Source: Octopus sinensis (taxonomy: Eukaryota). From it: a stretch of DNA of 64,000 bases. The translations under genes and the position numbers were made by a program. This document shows positions 1 through 13,272 of the stretch, piece by piece (position 1 is the first letter of the stretch; the number at the start of each line of letters is the position of its first letter). The DNA is taken from positions 10,272 through 74,271 of the forward strand of contig NW_021833446.1 in assembly GCF_006345805.1 (NCBI RefSeq). Reading direction: 5' to 3'. The notes under the pieces were generated by a model that was not told the origin of the DNA, made no database searches, and was given only the letters and a program-made list of their open reading frames with translations.

Positions 1-13
1 ACTACTACTACTA

Positions 14-51
<38 letters not shown>

Positions 52-249
52 GCCCGTTGAGTGTATAGGATTGAGCAACTTGGCGACATCTGACGTACAA
101 AATGTGACGATAATCTGCTTGTGTCTAACTTTGGGAAGCTGTGAACACATCTTTCCAGATTTAGTTATTAACACATATGTGAGCAGATACCCGTGGGTAA
201 ATAAAGCACCAGAATACACCTACACATAGATGTCTTTCTCATGTCTTTA

Positions 250-285
250 TAGATATGTATATGTATATATGTATGTATGTATGTA

Positions 286-326
<41 letters not shown>

Positions 327-421
327 TTATATATGTATATATGACCTTTACTACTAATATCGTCACTACCTCCATCACACACACACACATATATATATAT
401 ACAGATGTGTAAACATACATG

Positions 422-452
<31 letters not shown>

Positions 453-604
453 GTATTTATATATATATATATATATGTATTTATATATATGTGTATGTAT
501 ATATACACACACACACATATATATATATAGAGAGAGGGACAGAAGGAAAGAGAGGGAGAGTGAAAGTTATTTCTGTCTACGGCGAAAATTTTATTCATAT
601 CAAA

Positions 605-691
<87 letters not shown>

Positions 692-725
692 GATATGTAT
701 ATATGTATATGTGTATATATATGTA

Positions 726-768
<43 letters not shown>

Positions 769-835
769 GTATATAATATATATATATATATATTATATAT
801 ATATACATGTGTGTGTATGTGTGTGTGTGTGTGTA
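250..835. repeat. compound (TA)n/(CA)n microsatellite
   Basis: Directly visible; source of the poly-IY ORFs. Confidence 0.95.
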
Positions 836-947
836 ATATTTTCATACTTGGTGTTTACAGCTGAAAAGAGGATGAAAGTTATTCAAAAGCATGAATATCT
901 GATTACTTTTTAAGAAATACAGGTGTCATTCACAATGAGAACAACAG

Positions 948-978
<31 letters not shown>

Positions 979-2047
979 AATAGTAATAATGAAGAAGACT
1001 GCTGCAACCATTTCAAAGACAACACTACCACAATCACCACCACTCCCACCACTCCCACCACTACCGCCAGTGCAACAACAAGAACTATCAGTATCCTCAT
1101 TAATACTACCTCAACAACTAATACCCCCACCCCACCCCCATTATCAATAGTATCACCATTACCACTACCACCACTTATAACACCATCATCTGAAACACCA
1201 CTGCCGCCACCCCCACTCCCCACCACCACTACCTGCAAAAGACCAAATCTGAGAGCATTTACTATCATTTATTAAGTTCCAACTTATTTCTATAATAAGT
1301 TCAATGTAAAAGAGCAAAAACAAAAACTAGGCAAAAATAAAAACAACTGAAAAACACTGAAGTGTAGAAATAAAAAGAAACACCAACAACGACTGCAGCT
1401 GCCACAAAATTTTTGAAATTACATCAACAAAAATTGCAACATCTTAAAGAGAAAAATTTACTAGTATTAATGAAGAAACTAGTCTACCCGTGTTGTCAAA
1501 AATATTTTAGTTATTAGCGAAAATTGATTGTAAGAGATTTAAGATTTAAGATTTACGTATATAAGGCGCTCTCAGAATCAAACTCCAACAACGAAATTGG
1601 TTTTTGTGTTTTTGTGTAGAGGAACGTGTTATGAATTGACGAATAGGCCATTGTTTTGAGTCTCGCTGTTTTATGTAAGCGCAGGAATTTAATTTAAGCT
1701 TGGGAAGCCTTCGAACACGTTAGCGAATATTTTCTTTGCTGGTTTCTATAGATAAGAACTTCTCTTTCTGACTAGTTCCAAATGTCCAACGCTGTGTCCA
1801 TCTCTGAAGAAGTTAAGCTAAACCGAAACACCGGTGTTTGATGGTTTATTGAGATCATCTGGAGCATGCTTGGTGTCTGCACACAAGGCCCATTCGGTGT
1901 CAACCTCCAAGGCAAAATACAACACCGAAAGCTATTTTCAGGTCCGCGAGAACAGTAACGCGATATGAATGGGATTTTCTGTTATAGCCCCGGGCCGGCC
2001 AATGCATTATGAACGAAATTAAACGAACAAAGACTGTAGAAACTCAC

Positions 2048-2121
2048 CAGGCGGACTGTACATTCTATCCGGAGGCCAGTTTTGTTTTTCACTCACACAT
2101 AGAACATCACGCTGATTCTGC
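2048..2121 (-). CDS. candidate internal exon of an unidentified gene
   Basis: Minus strand: tctttaacataatcttcag|G acceptor, 74-nt open segment (QNQRDVLCVSEKQNWPPDRMYSPP), CTG|gtgagt donor; no family recognised. Confidence 0.25.
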
Positions 2122-2236
2122 CTGAAGATTATGTTAAAGATACTACACGTTGCCTTGGAGTGTTCTGCCGCCTACTCTATAATGCAATGAGTACACAGTT
2201 CCATTGATTGGAGAGGTTCTGGAAAAGTTTGGTCGA

Positions 2237-2910
<674 letters not shown>

Positions 2911-3210
2911 ACACGTTTGCTACTAGAATAGTTAAGTGAGAAAACTATTTTTAATGAAACTATTTCATCGAATCCCATCTCAAAATTGCTTTTAATATAG
3001 AATTCCGATGAATTATTTCACACACTACACATACTACACACACACACACACACACATCACACACACACACATACACATGCACACACACACACGCAAACAC
3101 ACACATACACAGAGACTACATTGGTATTCGTAACTTATTTACATTTTCCATTCTTAGATACAATAATAGAGCATGCTTTAAAATAATAGGATGGTTTTAG
3201 ATAAATCTCT

Positions 3211-3253
3211 CTATTCTATTATCTATCTATCTATCTATCTATATATCTATCTA

Positions 3254-3303
<50 letters not shown>

Positions 3304-3305
3304 CA

Positions 3306-3367
<62 letters not shown>

Positions 3368-3406
3368 CCTATCTATCTATCTATATCTATCTATCTATCT
3401 ATCAAT
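3211..3406 (+). repeat. (TATC)n array, 5' flank of Tx1-like copy 1
   Basis: Directly visible. Confidence 0.95.
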
Positions 3407-4720
3407 CGATGGTCAGGCGATCCATTTGCTGTCAACACCCGTTAAAAGGAGGACTGGGTATGCCGTGGTTGATGATGCGCAGACATGCGCTGAGACTGCG
3501 ACATCTCAGGCTCTTCGTAGACGACGGTGAATAGGTGTGGTCGCCGTTTGTGAGGCACGCTTTCCCGCAGCTTGTCTCTATGACCGAACTGCAGTCGTGG
3601 ATCAAAAAGAGGCCGAGGAAGGGCGATTGGCACCGCGTGTGTCGCGTTGCTCTCAAGCAACTCCGCCGTCCTGGGTCGACCTTGAGTGACTCCATCACAA
3701 CCAAAGCATTCTATAGGGGATTAGTGGAGGGGAGGTACGACGACGAGCTCGAGGCGAACCTGGACGTCGACGAGGAATACCTGACCCGCCTGTTCGGGAC
3801 GACTTTCGGGCCAGGGCCCATGGACAACTTCCAGAGATCCCTGGCCTGGCAGTGCTACCGAGAAGCGCTACCCGTTCGGGATAAGCTCTACAGACACGGC
3901 TCGAGAAACACGGGGCCGACCTGCCCGAGATGCGGTCAGAGCGACGAAACCGTTCTGCACGCACTCGTGCAGTGTCCAACAATTTCCGACCTGTGGGCTT
4001 ATGTCGAACAACTGCTGTCACGCGTGGGACGAGTCGGTTTATCAGCTGAGTCTATCGTCAATATTGTCACGCCTCCTTCCTTCAAACGGGAAGGAAGAGC
4101 TATTTTCATCATCCTTGTGGCTATGGCGAAAGAATGTATCTGGTGGACGCGTCTGAAAGGATTGGAGACAAACACTTTCCTCTCTGGTCAATCTCTCATC
4201 AACTTCTTCAAGTATCACTTGAAAAGGAAAGTGAGAGTAGAGAGGCAAGTTTTGTCTAGTGAATGTTTTAAAAAAAAATTGGGTGAATGTAGCAAGAATG
4301 GCACGTATGAATGACGAAGCCACCTTGAGCATAATCCTATGAACCCAGAAATTGAAAACAGAGGGTTACCCACTTGCAAACAAATGTGGTAACATATAAC
4401 AATATTGACCGAGGTTACCGTGGTCTTTTTCGTAGGCTTTTCTTCCCACAGATAAAACTTATCTGCTTCCCCCTTTACACCATATATCATAACACTGTGA
4501 TACACGATCCCTATTGATCGTTTTTTTCCTCTTCCCCCTTTTTCCTCTTTTTTTCTTCTTTTTTCTTTTCTTTTGTTTCTTTTCCTTTTTTCTCTTTTTT
4601 TCTTTTTTCCCTTTTGATCGTAAACCTACGCCACTTTCTTTTTTTTTATCCCCCAAAAGAAAAGCTCTACCTTGTAATTTGTCCCATTTGTGTTCAGCCC
4701 TGTGTGGCCAATAAAGAAAC
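3407..4720 (+). mobile_element. Tx1/L1-clade non-LTR retrotransposon, 5'-truncated copy 1
   Basis: ORF 3535-4314 encodes the post-RT region and CCHC knuckle (CPRCGQSDETVLHALVQC); T-rich 3' UTR ends AATAAAGAAAC then (TATC)n; near-identical to three other copies. Confidence 0.9.
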
Positions 4721-4810
<90 letters not shown>

Positions 4811-4828
4811 CTATCTATCAATCTATCT
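4721..4828 (+). repeat. (TATC)n spacer between Tx1-like copies 1 and 2
   Basis: Directly visible. Confidence 0.95.
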
Positions 4829-6540
4829 AAGCAAGCCCATGCCGTCCACCAGCGCCTCCGTCGTGGGACGCTGGACCGACGGCCCGGTTGAGTTGCTCGG
4901 GGTCTGGTTTGGTCCGGACCTCCAAGTGGAGAAGAACTGGAACGAGATAACGAGTAGGGTGGTCACTCTCGCCCGGCAATGGGCTGAGAGGAAACTGTCC
5001 CTAAAAGGTCGAGCGGAGGTGGCGAACACGTACATCGCGTCCGTCATCTACTACCGCCTGACCGTCGTACCTTGTCCCGACCCTACCATCACCAAACTAC
5101 AACGCATCCTCTTTCGCTTCTTGTGGAAAGGATGCGTCCCGATGGTGAGGCGATCCATTTGCTGTCAATACCCGTTAAAAGGAGGGCTGGGCATGCCGTG
5201 GTTGATGATGCGCAGACACGCGCTGAGACTGCGACATCTCTGGCTCTATGTAGACGACGGTGAACAGGTGTGGTCGCCGTTTGTGAGGCACGCTTTCCCG
5301 CAGCTCGTCTCCATGACCGAACTGCAGTCGTGGATCAAAAAGAGGCCGAGGAAGGGCGATTGGCACCGCGAGTGTCGCGTTGCTCTCAAGCAACTCTGCC
5401 GTCCTGGGTCGACCTTGAGTGACTTCAACACAACCAAAGCATTCTATAGGGGATTAGTGGAGGGGAGGTACGACGACGAGCTCGGGGCGAACCTGGACGT
5501 CAACGAGGAGTACCTGACCCGACTGTTCAGGACGACTTTCGGGCCAGGGCCCATGGACAACTTCCAGAGATCCCTGGCCTGGCAGTGCTACCGAGAAGCG
5601 CTACCCGTTCGGGATAAGCTCTACAGACACGACTCGAGAAACACGGGGCCGACCTGCCCGAGATGCGGTCAGAGCGACGAAACCGTTCTGCACGCACTCG
5701 TGCAGTGTCCAACAATTTCCGACCTGTGGGCTTATGTCGAACAACTGCTGTCACGTGTGGGACGAGTCGGTTTATCAGCTGAGTCTATCGTCAATATTGT
5801 CACGCCTCCTTCCTTCAAACGGGAAGGAAGAGCTATTTTCGTCATCCTTGTGGCTATGGCGAAAGAATGTATCTGGTGGACGCGTCTGAAAGGATTGGAG
5901 ACAAACACTTTCCTCTCTGGTCAATCTCTCATCAACTTCTTCAAGTACCACTTGAAAAGGAAAGTGAGAGTAGAGAGGCAAGTTTTGTCTAGCGAATGTT
6001 TTAAAAAAAGATGGGTGAATGTAGCAAGGATGGCACGTATGAATGACGAAGCCACCTTGAGCATAATCCTATGAACCCAGAAATTGAAAACAGAGGGTTA
6101 CCCACTTCCAAACAAATGTGGTAACATATAACAATATTGACCAAGGTTACCGTGGTCTTTTTCGTAGGCTTTTCTTCCCACGGATAAACCTTACTTGCTT
6201 TCCCCTTTACACCATATATCATAACACTGTGATACACGATCCCTATTGATCGTTCTTTTTTTCCTCTTCCCCTTTTTTCCCCTTTTTTCTTCTTTTTTCA
6301 TTTCTCTTTCCTTTTGTTCCTTTTCCTTTCCTTTTTTCCTTTTTATTCTTTTTATTTTATTGAATTTTTTATTTTTTTTGTTTTTGTTCTTTTCTTCCCT
6401 TTTACGATCCCTCTTGATCGAAAACCTACGCAACCCCTTTTTTTTTCTTTTGTTTTTTGTTCTCTTCATCCCCCAAAAGAAAAGCTCTACCTTGTAACTT
6501 GTCCCATCTGTGTGCAGCCCTGTGTGGCCAATAAAGAAAC
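4829..6540 (+). mobile_element. Tx1/L1-clade non-LTR retrotransposon, 5'-truncated copy 2
   Basis: Uninterrupted frame 4830-6074 (415 codons including stop): ELLGVWFGP, LSLKGRAEVANTYIASVIYY, KGGLGMP, CCHC knuckle; same 3' end. Confidence 0.92.
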
Positions 6541-6614
6541 TTATCTATCTGTCTATCTATCTATCTTTCAATCTATCTGTCTATCTATCTTTCTATCTTT
6601 CTGCCTATCTATCA

Positions 6615-6708
<94 letters not shown>
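6541..6708 (+). repeat. (TATC)n array 3' of copy 2
   Basis: Directly visible. Confidence 0.95.
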
Positions 6709-6885
6709 ATTTGTTTGTTTGTATGTATGTTTGTGTTTGTGTATATGAATGTGTGTTTGTGTGTGCATATATGTATGTATGTATGTATATCTGTATTTAT
6801 AAATATATGTATGTATACATATATCATACAGACATTTTTATAGGAATTACAATCGGCGTTGTGAATAGTGTTCTGTACACACACA

Positions 6886-6937
<52 letters not shown>

Positions 6938-7019
6938 TATGTATTTATGGATATATATATATATATAGACATAGAGATATAAATATATATAGGTATGTAG
7001 GTATATATACATATATATA

Positions 7020-7925
7020 TACACGCATCTTCGTACACACATATATATATATACACACATCTTATACACACACATATATACTCACACACATCTTCATACG
7101 CACATATACACACACACATCTTCATACACATACATATATATATATATACATACACATCTTCATACACACACATATATATACATACACATCTTCATACACA
7201 CATAGACATACACACTCACATATATATACACATACATCTTCATACACACACCCACACATATATATATATAAATATACACACACATGTTCATGCACACACA
7301 TATATACACACACACATCTTCATACACACACATATATATACACACACATATATATAAACACACATCTTCATATACACACATGTATATACACACACACATC
7401 TTCATACACACACATATATATACACACATCTTCATACACACACATGTATATACACACACTCATCTTCATACACACACATATATATATACACACATCTTCA
7501 TACACACACATATATATATATATACACACACATATATATACAGACACATATATATACAGACACATATATATACACACACATATATATACACACACATCTT
7601 CATACACACACATATATTTATACACACACATATATTTATACACACACATCTTCATATACACACATACACACACACACACATCTTCATATACGCACATATA
7701 TATACACACACATCTTCATACACACACATATATATATACACACATCTTCATATATACACATATATATACACACACACATCTTCATACACACACATATATA
7801 TACACACACATCTTCATACACACACATATATATATACATACACATCTTCATATACACATATATATATATACACACACACATATATATATATACACACACA
7901 TCTTCATACACACACATATATATAT
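7020..7925. repeat. variable-unit minisatellite: CATCTTCATA anchor plus (CA)n(TA)n spacers
   Basis: More than 20 recurrences of catcttcata separated by variable CA/TA runs. Confidence 0.9.
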
Positions 7926-8599
7926 TTGTAATATCCTCTTCACCTTTGCAGTTAAGTTTTTGTTTGTTCATAAATGTCTCTCTGTCTATATATCTAGCTT
8001 ATCTGTCTATATCAGCAGTTGCACAGATAAATGTTTCCAGGCAAGTTCACTCACACACACACACACCACACACACACACATTCTCACACACACTCACAGA
8101 AATCTCCAGACAAAGAAATGCCTTTAATCACACTATTCCGCATACGTTTCTGAAGTCTAGTGAAACACATTTTTCTTGCTCCCCCTTTAACACGAGATTT
8201 TAAAATCCATTCTTGTTAAAGAGATGTATATTTACAATTATTGTCAGGCTAACTTCAGACTAGATACGAATAAACTGAAAAGAATCTATAGAAATATCAC
8301 GAATACATTTTGGTCTTTATATTCTTTGTTCATTCTGATTTTCTTTCAATTTTTTTTTCTGTTGTTTCCATTAAACGAATCTTTTCCCCGTATCTCCGAT
8401 GTATAATTTGAAGCACTTGTTACACAATAGCGTAAGCTGACATAATGAAATGTATATGGCGCTCTTTTAGCAAAGGTATTCTCTGTTTTTATATACACAT
8501 TGGTACACACGCAGACACAGACACAAACACACAAATACACAAACACAAATACAAATACAGGCACACAGACACACAATACACACACACACGCATGCATGT

Positions 8600-8812
8600 A
8601 TACTCTTTTACTCTTTTACTTGCTTCAGTCATTGGACTGTGGCCATGCTGGAGCACCGCCTTTAGTCGAACAAATCGACCCCAGGACTTATTCATTGTAA
8701 GCCTAGTACTTATTCTATCGGTCTCTTTTGCCGAAACGCTAAGTTATGGGGACGTAAACACAACAGCATCGGTTGTCAAGCGATGTTGGGGGACAAACAC
8801 AGACACCCAATA
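8600..8812 (-). mobile_element. tRNA-derived SINE family B, 3' half
   Basis: Matches the 3' half of full copies at 20720 and 44691; tail GTAAAAGA repeats. Confidence 0.85.
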
Positions 8813-9366
8813 TATATATGTATATATATTCTTTTTTTTTTTCCAGCTGTTGTAGGTCGTCGTTGACCGTTCTTGTTTAGTAATTATCACTGGCGTGCTC
8901 GCACATGTGAAATACAGGGCTTGCTCTTGATCTGTAGCAGCGATGACACCAGCTGCAGGCAAGGCTGCTCGACGAAACAGAACAGTGACGCCTCTCATGT
9001 GCTTTTTTGCATGAGTATATACATGTGTGTGTGTATCTAGGTATGTAGTGGCTGTCACATTATTATCTTGTATGACCAGCTCTTGCGCTAACCTCCACTC
9101 CCTTCTTAAGATGTTGTGCCCTCCTGCTACGCCGTTAAGGGTTCTTACGATGAAGAAGACATACTGGCCGTATGACTCGTCCAACACTTCACTTTCCAGA
9201 CACCAACGGAACTTCGTCGTAGGACACACCCTTACAGAATACTGGATAATGACTTGTCCCACCTACACAGCACATCCTGTGTGCCTGAAGCGTAGGGAAA
9301 GACGAATTCACACACACATCCAAACACCACGCATATATGTATGTGTATATGTATGTGTGTATGTGT

Positions 9367-9420
<54 letters not shown>

Positions 9421-9477
9421 GTTTAGTTTTAAGGGCCCAAATAGGAAAAATATTAATACCGGAAGTAGAATTTGTTC

Positions 9478-9512
<35 letters not shown>

Positions 9513-9943
9513 ATATATGCATGTATATTCTGTATAGATTCTTTAAATATATATTCGATTCGAGAAAGAATCTCTAATAGACGTATAGCGTTAAAAAACA
9601 CATCAGACGATAATCGTCCAACAGAAGTCGGTGCCATTGCTCAACCCGAATTTCTGTTGACTGAGCTTCATCAGTAGGAGGTATCTATCCACTGCCACCG
9701 TATGCAGAGCGAGAATCAGCTGCGAGGTGATGCAGCTAAATAATGGTCGAAATGTCACTGATACCACATTTACCCGGCAGACTGAAAATTAAAAAATTCG
9801 TTATATATTTCAATTAATACGGCCTCCGTCGCTAATAATGTACGCGAACGTGTATAATGTGGAACTTTTTGAAAAAACGTAGTTTTAGGAAAAGTAGTGC
9901 TCTACAATGTAATTTTGTTCGAAGAAACGCAGAATTTATCGTG

Positions 9944-10149
9944 TTCTTTTGTACTCTAGGCACAAGGCCCGAAATTCTCGGGGAGGAGGCCAGTCGATTA
10001 GATCGACCCCAGTATGCAACTAGTATTTAATTTATTGACTACGAAGAGATAAAAGACAAAGTCGACCTCGGCGGAATTTGAACTCAGAACGTAAAGACAG
10101 ACGAAATCTCGCTAAGCGTTTCGTCCGGCGTGCTAACGTTTCTGCCAGC
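9944..10149 (-). mobile_element. tRNA-derived SINE family A
   Basis: Shared core gtcgacctcggcggaatttgaactcagaacgt; minus-strand B-box-like GAGTTCAAATTCC. Confidence 0.88.
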
Positions 10150-10198
10150 ATACAGAATTTGTAGTATTGTTTGATGAAAGATAAAAGTTCTTTAGCAC

Positions 10199-10478
10199 TA
10201 CAATAATCCCTCGCCATATCATGGTTCACTTATCGCGTTTCCCCTATCGCGGTTTATTATTTAAGCTTACGTCGATTCCTCCGTGGTGTGGTTTTGCATT
10301 TATAATAAAATTAATATATACAAATTGTAAAAATAATAAAAAATATATACTGGCATGACCGCAGCTATATGGCTGAAACGAGTAAAAGAGTAGAGTACTG
10401 CTTCTACTTCGCGGATTTTCACCTATCGCGGTGGGTTTTGGAATGTAACAGTCATGATAGTCGTGGGATTACTATATT
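10199..10478. mobile_element. MITE with TA flanks (Tc1/mariner/pogo-like)
   Basis: TA|CAATAATCCCTCGCCATATC ... GATAGTCGTGGGATTACTA|TA imperfect TIRs; a related end recurs at 10703. Confidence 0.65.
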
Positions 10479-10700
10479 TGAAGAACTTAGTATTCTACGC
10501 TTTTCTTTCATGAAATTTGGCGCTAAACACCAGCAGGGGATCTCAACACCATTTCTTGCCTATGAATCCCTTTCGTTCCTATTTTATTCTGTTGAACCGT
10601 CCTCGCCATTCGATGTTTAAGAAATCCAATTATATTTTTATAATTAAATATTAGGAAACGCATAGAAAGAATTGTTGGAATATTTTGTGTATTATTGAAG

Positions 10701-10830
10701 TACAGTAATCACTCGCCATATCGCGGTTCACCTATCGCGCTCTCAGTACATCGCGGATTTTCCTGGTTAATATATATAAATTTATGTCACGAACTCCTCA
10801 GTATATCGCGGGTTTCTGCGGCCGATAGAT
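10701..10830. mobile_element. second copy or fragment of the same MITE family
   Basis: tacagtaatcactcgccatatcgcggttcacctatcgcg matches the end at 10199. Confidence 0.6.
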
Positions 10831-11179
10831 ATTTATATTCTTTTAGATTTTAATTATTTCTGTGGTAAAATAAACATTTTTCACGCCTAAAAATTAATAA
10901 ATTACTAAATGAAAATACAGTATAGTACTGCACGGTATAACACATTCCCAACAAAATCTTATAAGGATCCCTAACGATCATATGGACCTCCAAAGTCCAT
11001 ATGGACCCCAGTTGAAAAATACTGCTGCATAAAGAAGAGTTGGTTGATGAAATGCAAAACTCTATGGAGTAAATTAGCGGAGTATAAATATATTTGATGA
11101 TCACTGTACTGTTTATTGAGACTAATATTTCTAGGACTACCTGCTGTGTTGATAAAAGACTGGTTAGCTAATTCTGCCG

Positions 11180-11400
11180 CTTTCTACGCTGGAGTGAATG
11201 CGGCCGAACACGATGCTTTAAATATTTTCCAGCTGGACAGAGTTCTATATGCCAGCATTTCAATTTGGTTGTTTTTAATTTCCTTTCCATGATCCGTTTG
11301 CAGTATTTATTATTTGGATGTTGGAGATTCAATTTTGATGCCGGCACAATTAAAATTAATTCCTTGAATGCTGTTACTGCTGGGAGCTATTTCATGGAAT
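11180..11400 (-). pseudogene. possible decayed DDE integrase fragment (Ginger/Maverick-like)
   Basis: Minus-strand ILQTDHGKEIKN resembles the LQ(T/S)DNG(K/R)EF integrase motif; SIVFGR follows in another frame; stops and frameshifts present. Confidence 0.35.
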
Positions 11401-11559
11401 CAACGAAATAATGCGCTGTGACAATTTTTGAATATTGCTTTTGTTGTTGTCTCTCTTTCTTTCTCTTCCTTTATATTTGCAATTTTCAGTTGCTTGCCTG
11501 TTGTCCCTTCTAATGGCTTTGAGCCGCCAAGGGATCCTCCACGAATTCGCTCGCCAAAC

Positions 11560-11950
11560 CAGACACAGCAACCAAATCTTCCACAACTCATACACTACAG
11601 TCTTAAAGAAAGAAGAGACACATTGGATATCGTAGTCCTTGATAGTCATAAAAAGAAAGTAAATAGTCACGGAGAGAGCGCCTTTGATCATGGGCCTCTG
11701 TTCATTCAGGGTTTAGCTGGAGTTAAACAGAAACAATAAACTCGTCTCTCGGATTGGGGCTTCCCGCTGAGCCTCTCCATCCCTGCATCTATCGACGGAA
11801 CTTCCTCAAACCCACTTCTCTCGTCTCAGGTGTGAGGCAGGCTTCTCTTATCTCTTCCATACTTTTTCATCTTTACTTTAAAACTCTACTCGCCGTAATT
11901 GATTATTTTCGCTGCCCACAATCTAACACTGCACACGTGAAGTGTTCTGT
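11560..11950 (+). pseudogene. decayed non-LTR reverse transcriptase fragment
   Basis: SGVRQASLISSILFHLYF resembles the RT motif GVRQGCxLSPxLFNLY; LDIVVLD upstream in another frame. Confidence 0.6.
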
Positions 11951-12264
11951 AATTATAGTTACTCAGACTTACAACAGCTCACATTCTGAATTCAAGTCAC
12001 ACCGAGAACTAGTTCGTCGTTCATTCAACGAGGGTTCGTTAGAATAGAGTACCAGTCACGTACTGGGGTCAATACAATTGGCTGTTCGCTTTTGCAGAAT
12101 GTATGGTGCATTCTTTCTCATTTTAGTGGGACTGGAAAGAGACTCGGCTACTACTTCTAGCAGGCTGAGTAACTACGTAGGTGACTCTCGATTGGGGCTA
12201 TGTTCATTTATTGTAACGTTGAAATTAGGAATAATAAAACATCAAGATTACGTAATATTGGTTT

Positions 12265-12830
12265 TAAATTTTTGGCACAAGGCTGACAAGTCCGGGTGAA
12301 GGAGTAAGTCGATTACATCGACCCCAGTGCTCAACTGGTACATATATTATAGACCCCCAGAAGATGAGAGGAAAAGTCAATGTCAGCGAAATTCGAACTC
12401 AGAACGTAAAGCCAGATGGAGTGCTGCTTAGCATTTTCTACTCTAGGCACAAGACCCGAAATTTTGGGGGAGGGGGGCAGTCGATTATATCGATCCCAGT
12501 ACGCAAAAGGTACTTAATTTATTGACCACGAAAGGATGAAAGGCAAACTTGACTTCGGCGGAATTTGAACTCAGAACGTAACAGCAGACGAAATACCTAT
12601 TTCTTTATTACCCACAAGGGGCTAAACATAGAAGGGACAAACAAGGACAGACATAGGTATTAAGTCGATTACATCGACCGCAATGCGTAACTGGTACTTA
12701 ATTTATCGACCCCGAAAGGATGAAAGGTAAAGTCGACCTCGGCGGAATTTGAACTCACAACGTAACGGCAGACGAAATACCGTAAAGCATTTCGCCCGAC
12801 GCGCTAACGATTCTGCCAGCTCGCCGCCTT
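12265..12830 (-). mobile_element. three tandem SINE family A units with different 3' tails
   Basis: Repeated core motifs; head ctgccagctcgccgcctt ends at 12830; junction at 12596/12597. Confidence 0.88.
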
Positions 12831-13272
12831 TAGGCTACAGAATATGAAATTAACGAAAGCGTGAATTAAAGAATAGCATATTTTAAACTCTCATTTCAAA
12901 GATTTCAACATTGAATGAAATGGAATTATATTTCTGCAATTCTTTGATATTCTACATTAAGTAAATGTTTATTGTTGAGTGAAAGGAGCAATGACTCTGA
13001 TCCTTTCAATGGGGCCTTCGCGTCTAGCGGGAGTGAAGGAAGAAATTATCTTCCGATAGGAGGTTTTGTTTGAATGGTACTTTCCGTTAGAGGCTACCTG
13101 GGGTCAGGAGGTGGCTCATATAAAGCGTGGAATCAAGGTAAGAGTATCAGCCAACAGCAGAAACAGTGTTACTCCAACGGACTTCCATACAATTCAGTAC
13201 AGTAAGCTTCACTCACGAGGCTTTTATCACAACATGGTGTGTATGGTAGAAGATACTAACCTAAACTCATAC

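Noticed and set aside
230-913. Many ORFs of IY, YI, HT, CV, LSIY or poly-T/L/I composition here and throughout the window
   Set aside because: They are translations of microsatellites lacking stops in some frames; no coding evidence.
4614-6074. 486-aa ORF as a single gene
   Set aside because: The first 72 codons are the copy 1 3' UTR and a TATC array that happen to be in frame with truncated copy 2.
6868-8127. 419-aa histidine-rich protein
   Set aside because: Product of the CA/TA minisatellite.
9655-9675. CTGATGA on the minus strand as a hammerhead core (also 24515-24530)
   Set aside because: No correctly placed GAAA, stem III or cleavage triplet.
13091-13137. Plus-strand micro-exon candidates with good donors (13137 gtaaga, 22076 gtaagt, 40631 gtaagt, 52995 gtaagc)
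   Set aside because: Joined in phase they give no recognisable protein; such sites are expected by chance in 64 kb of AT-rich DNA.
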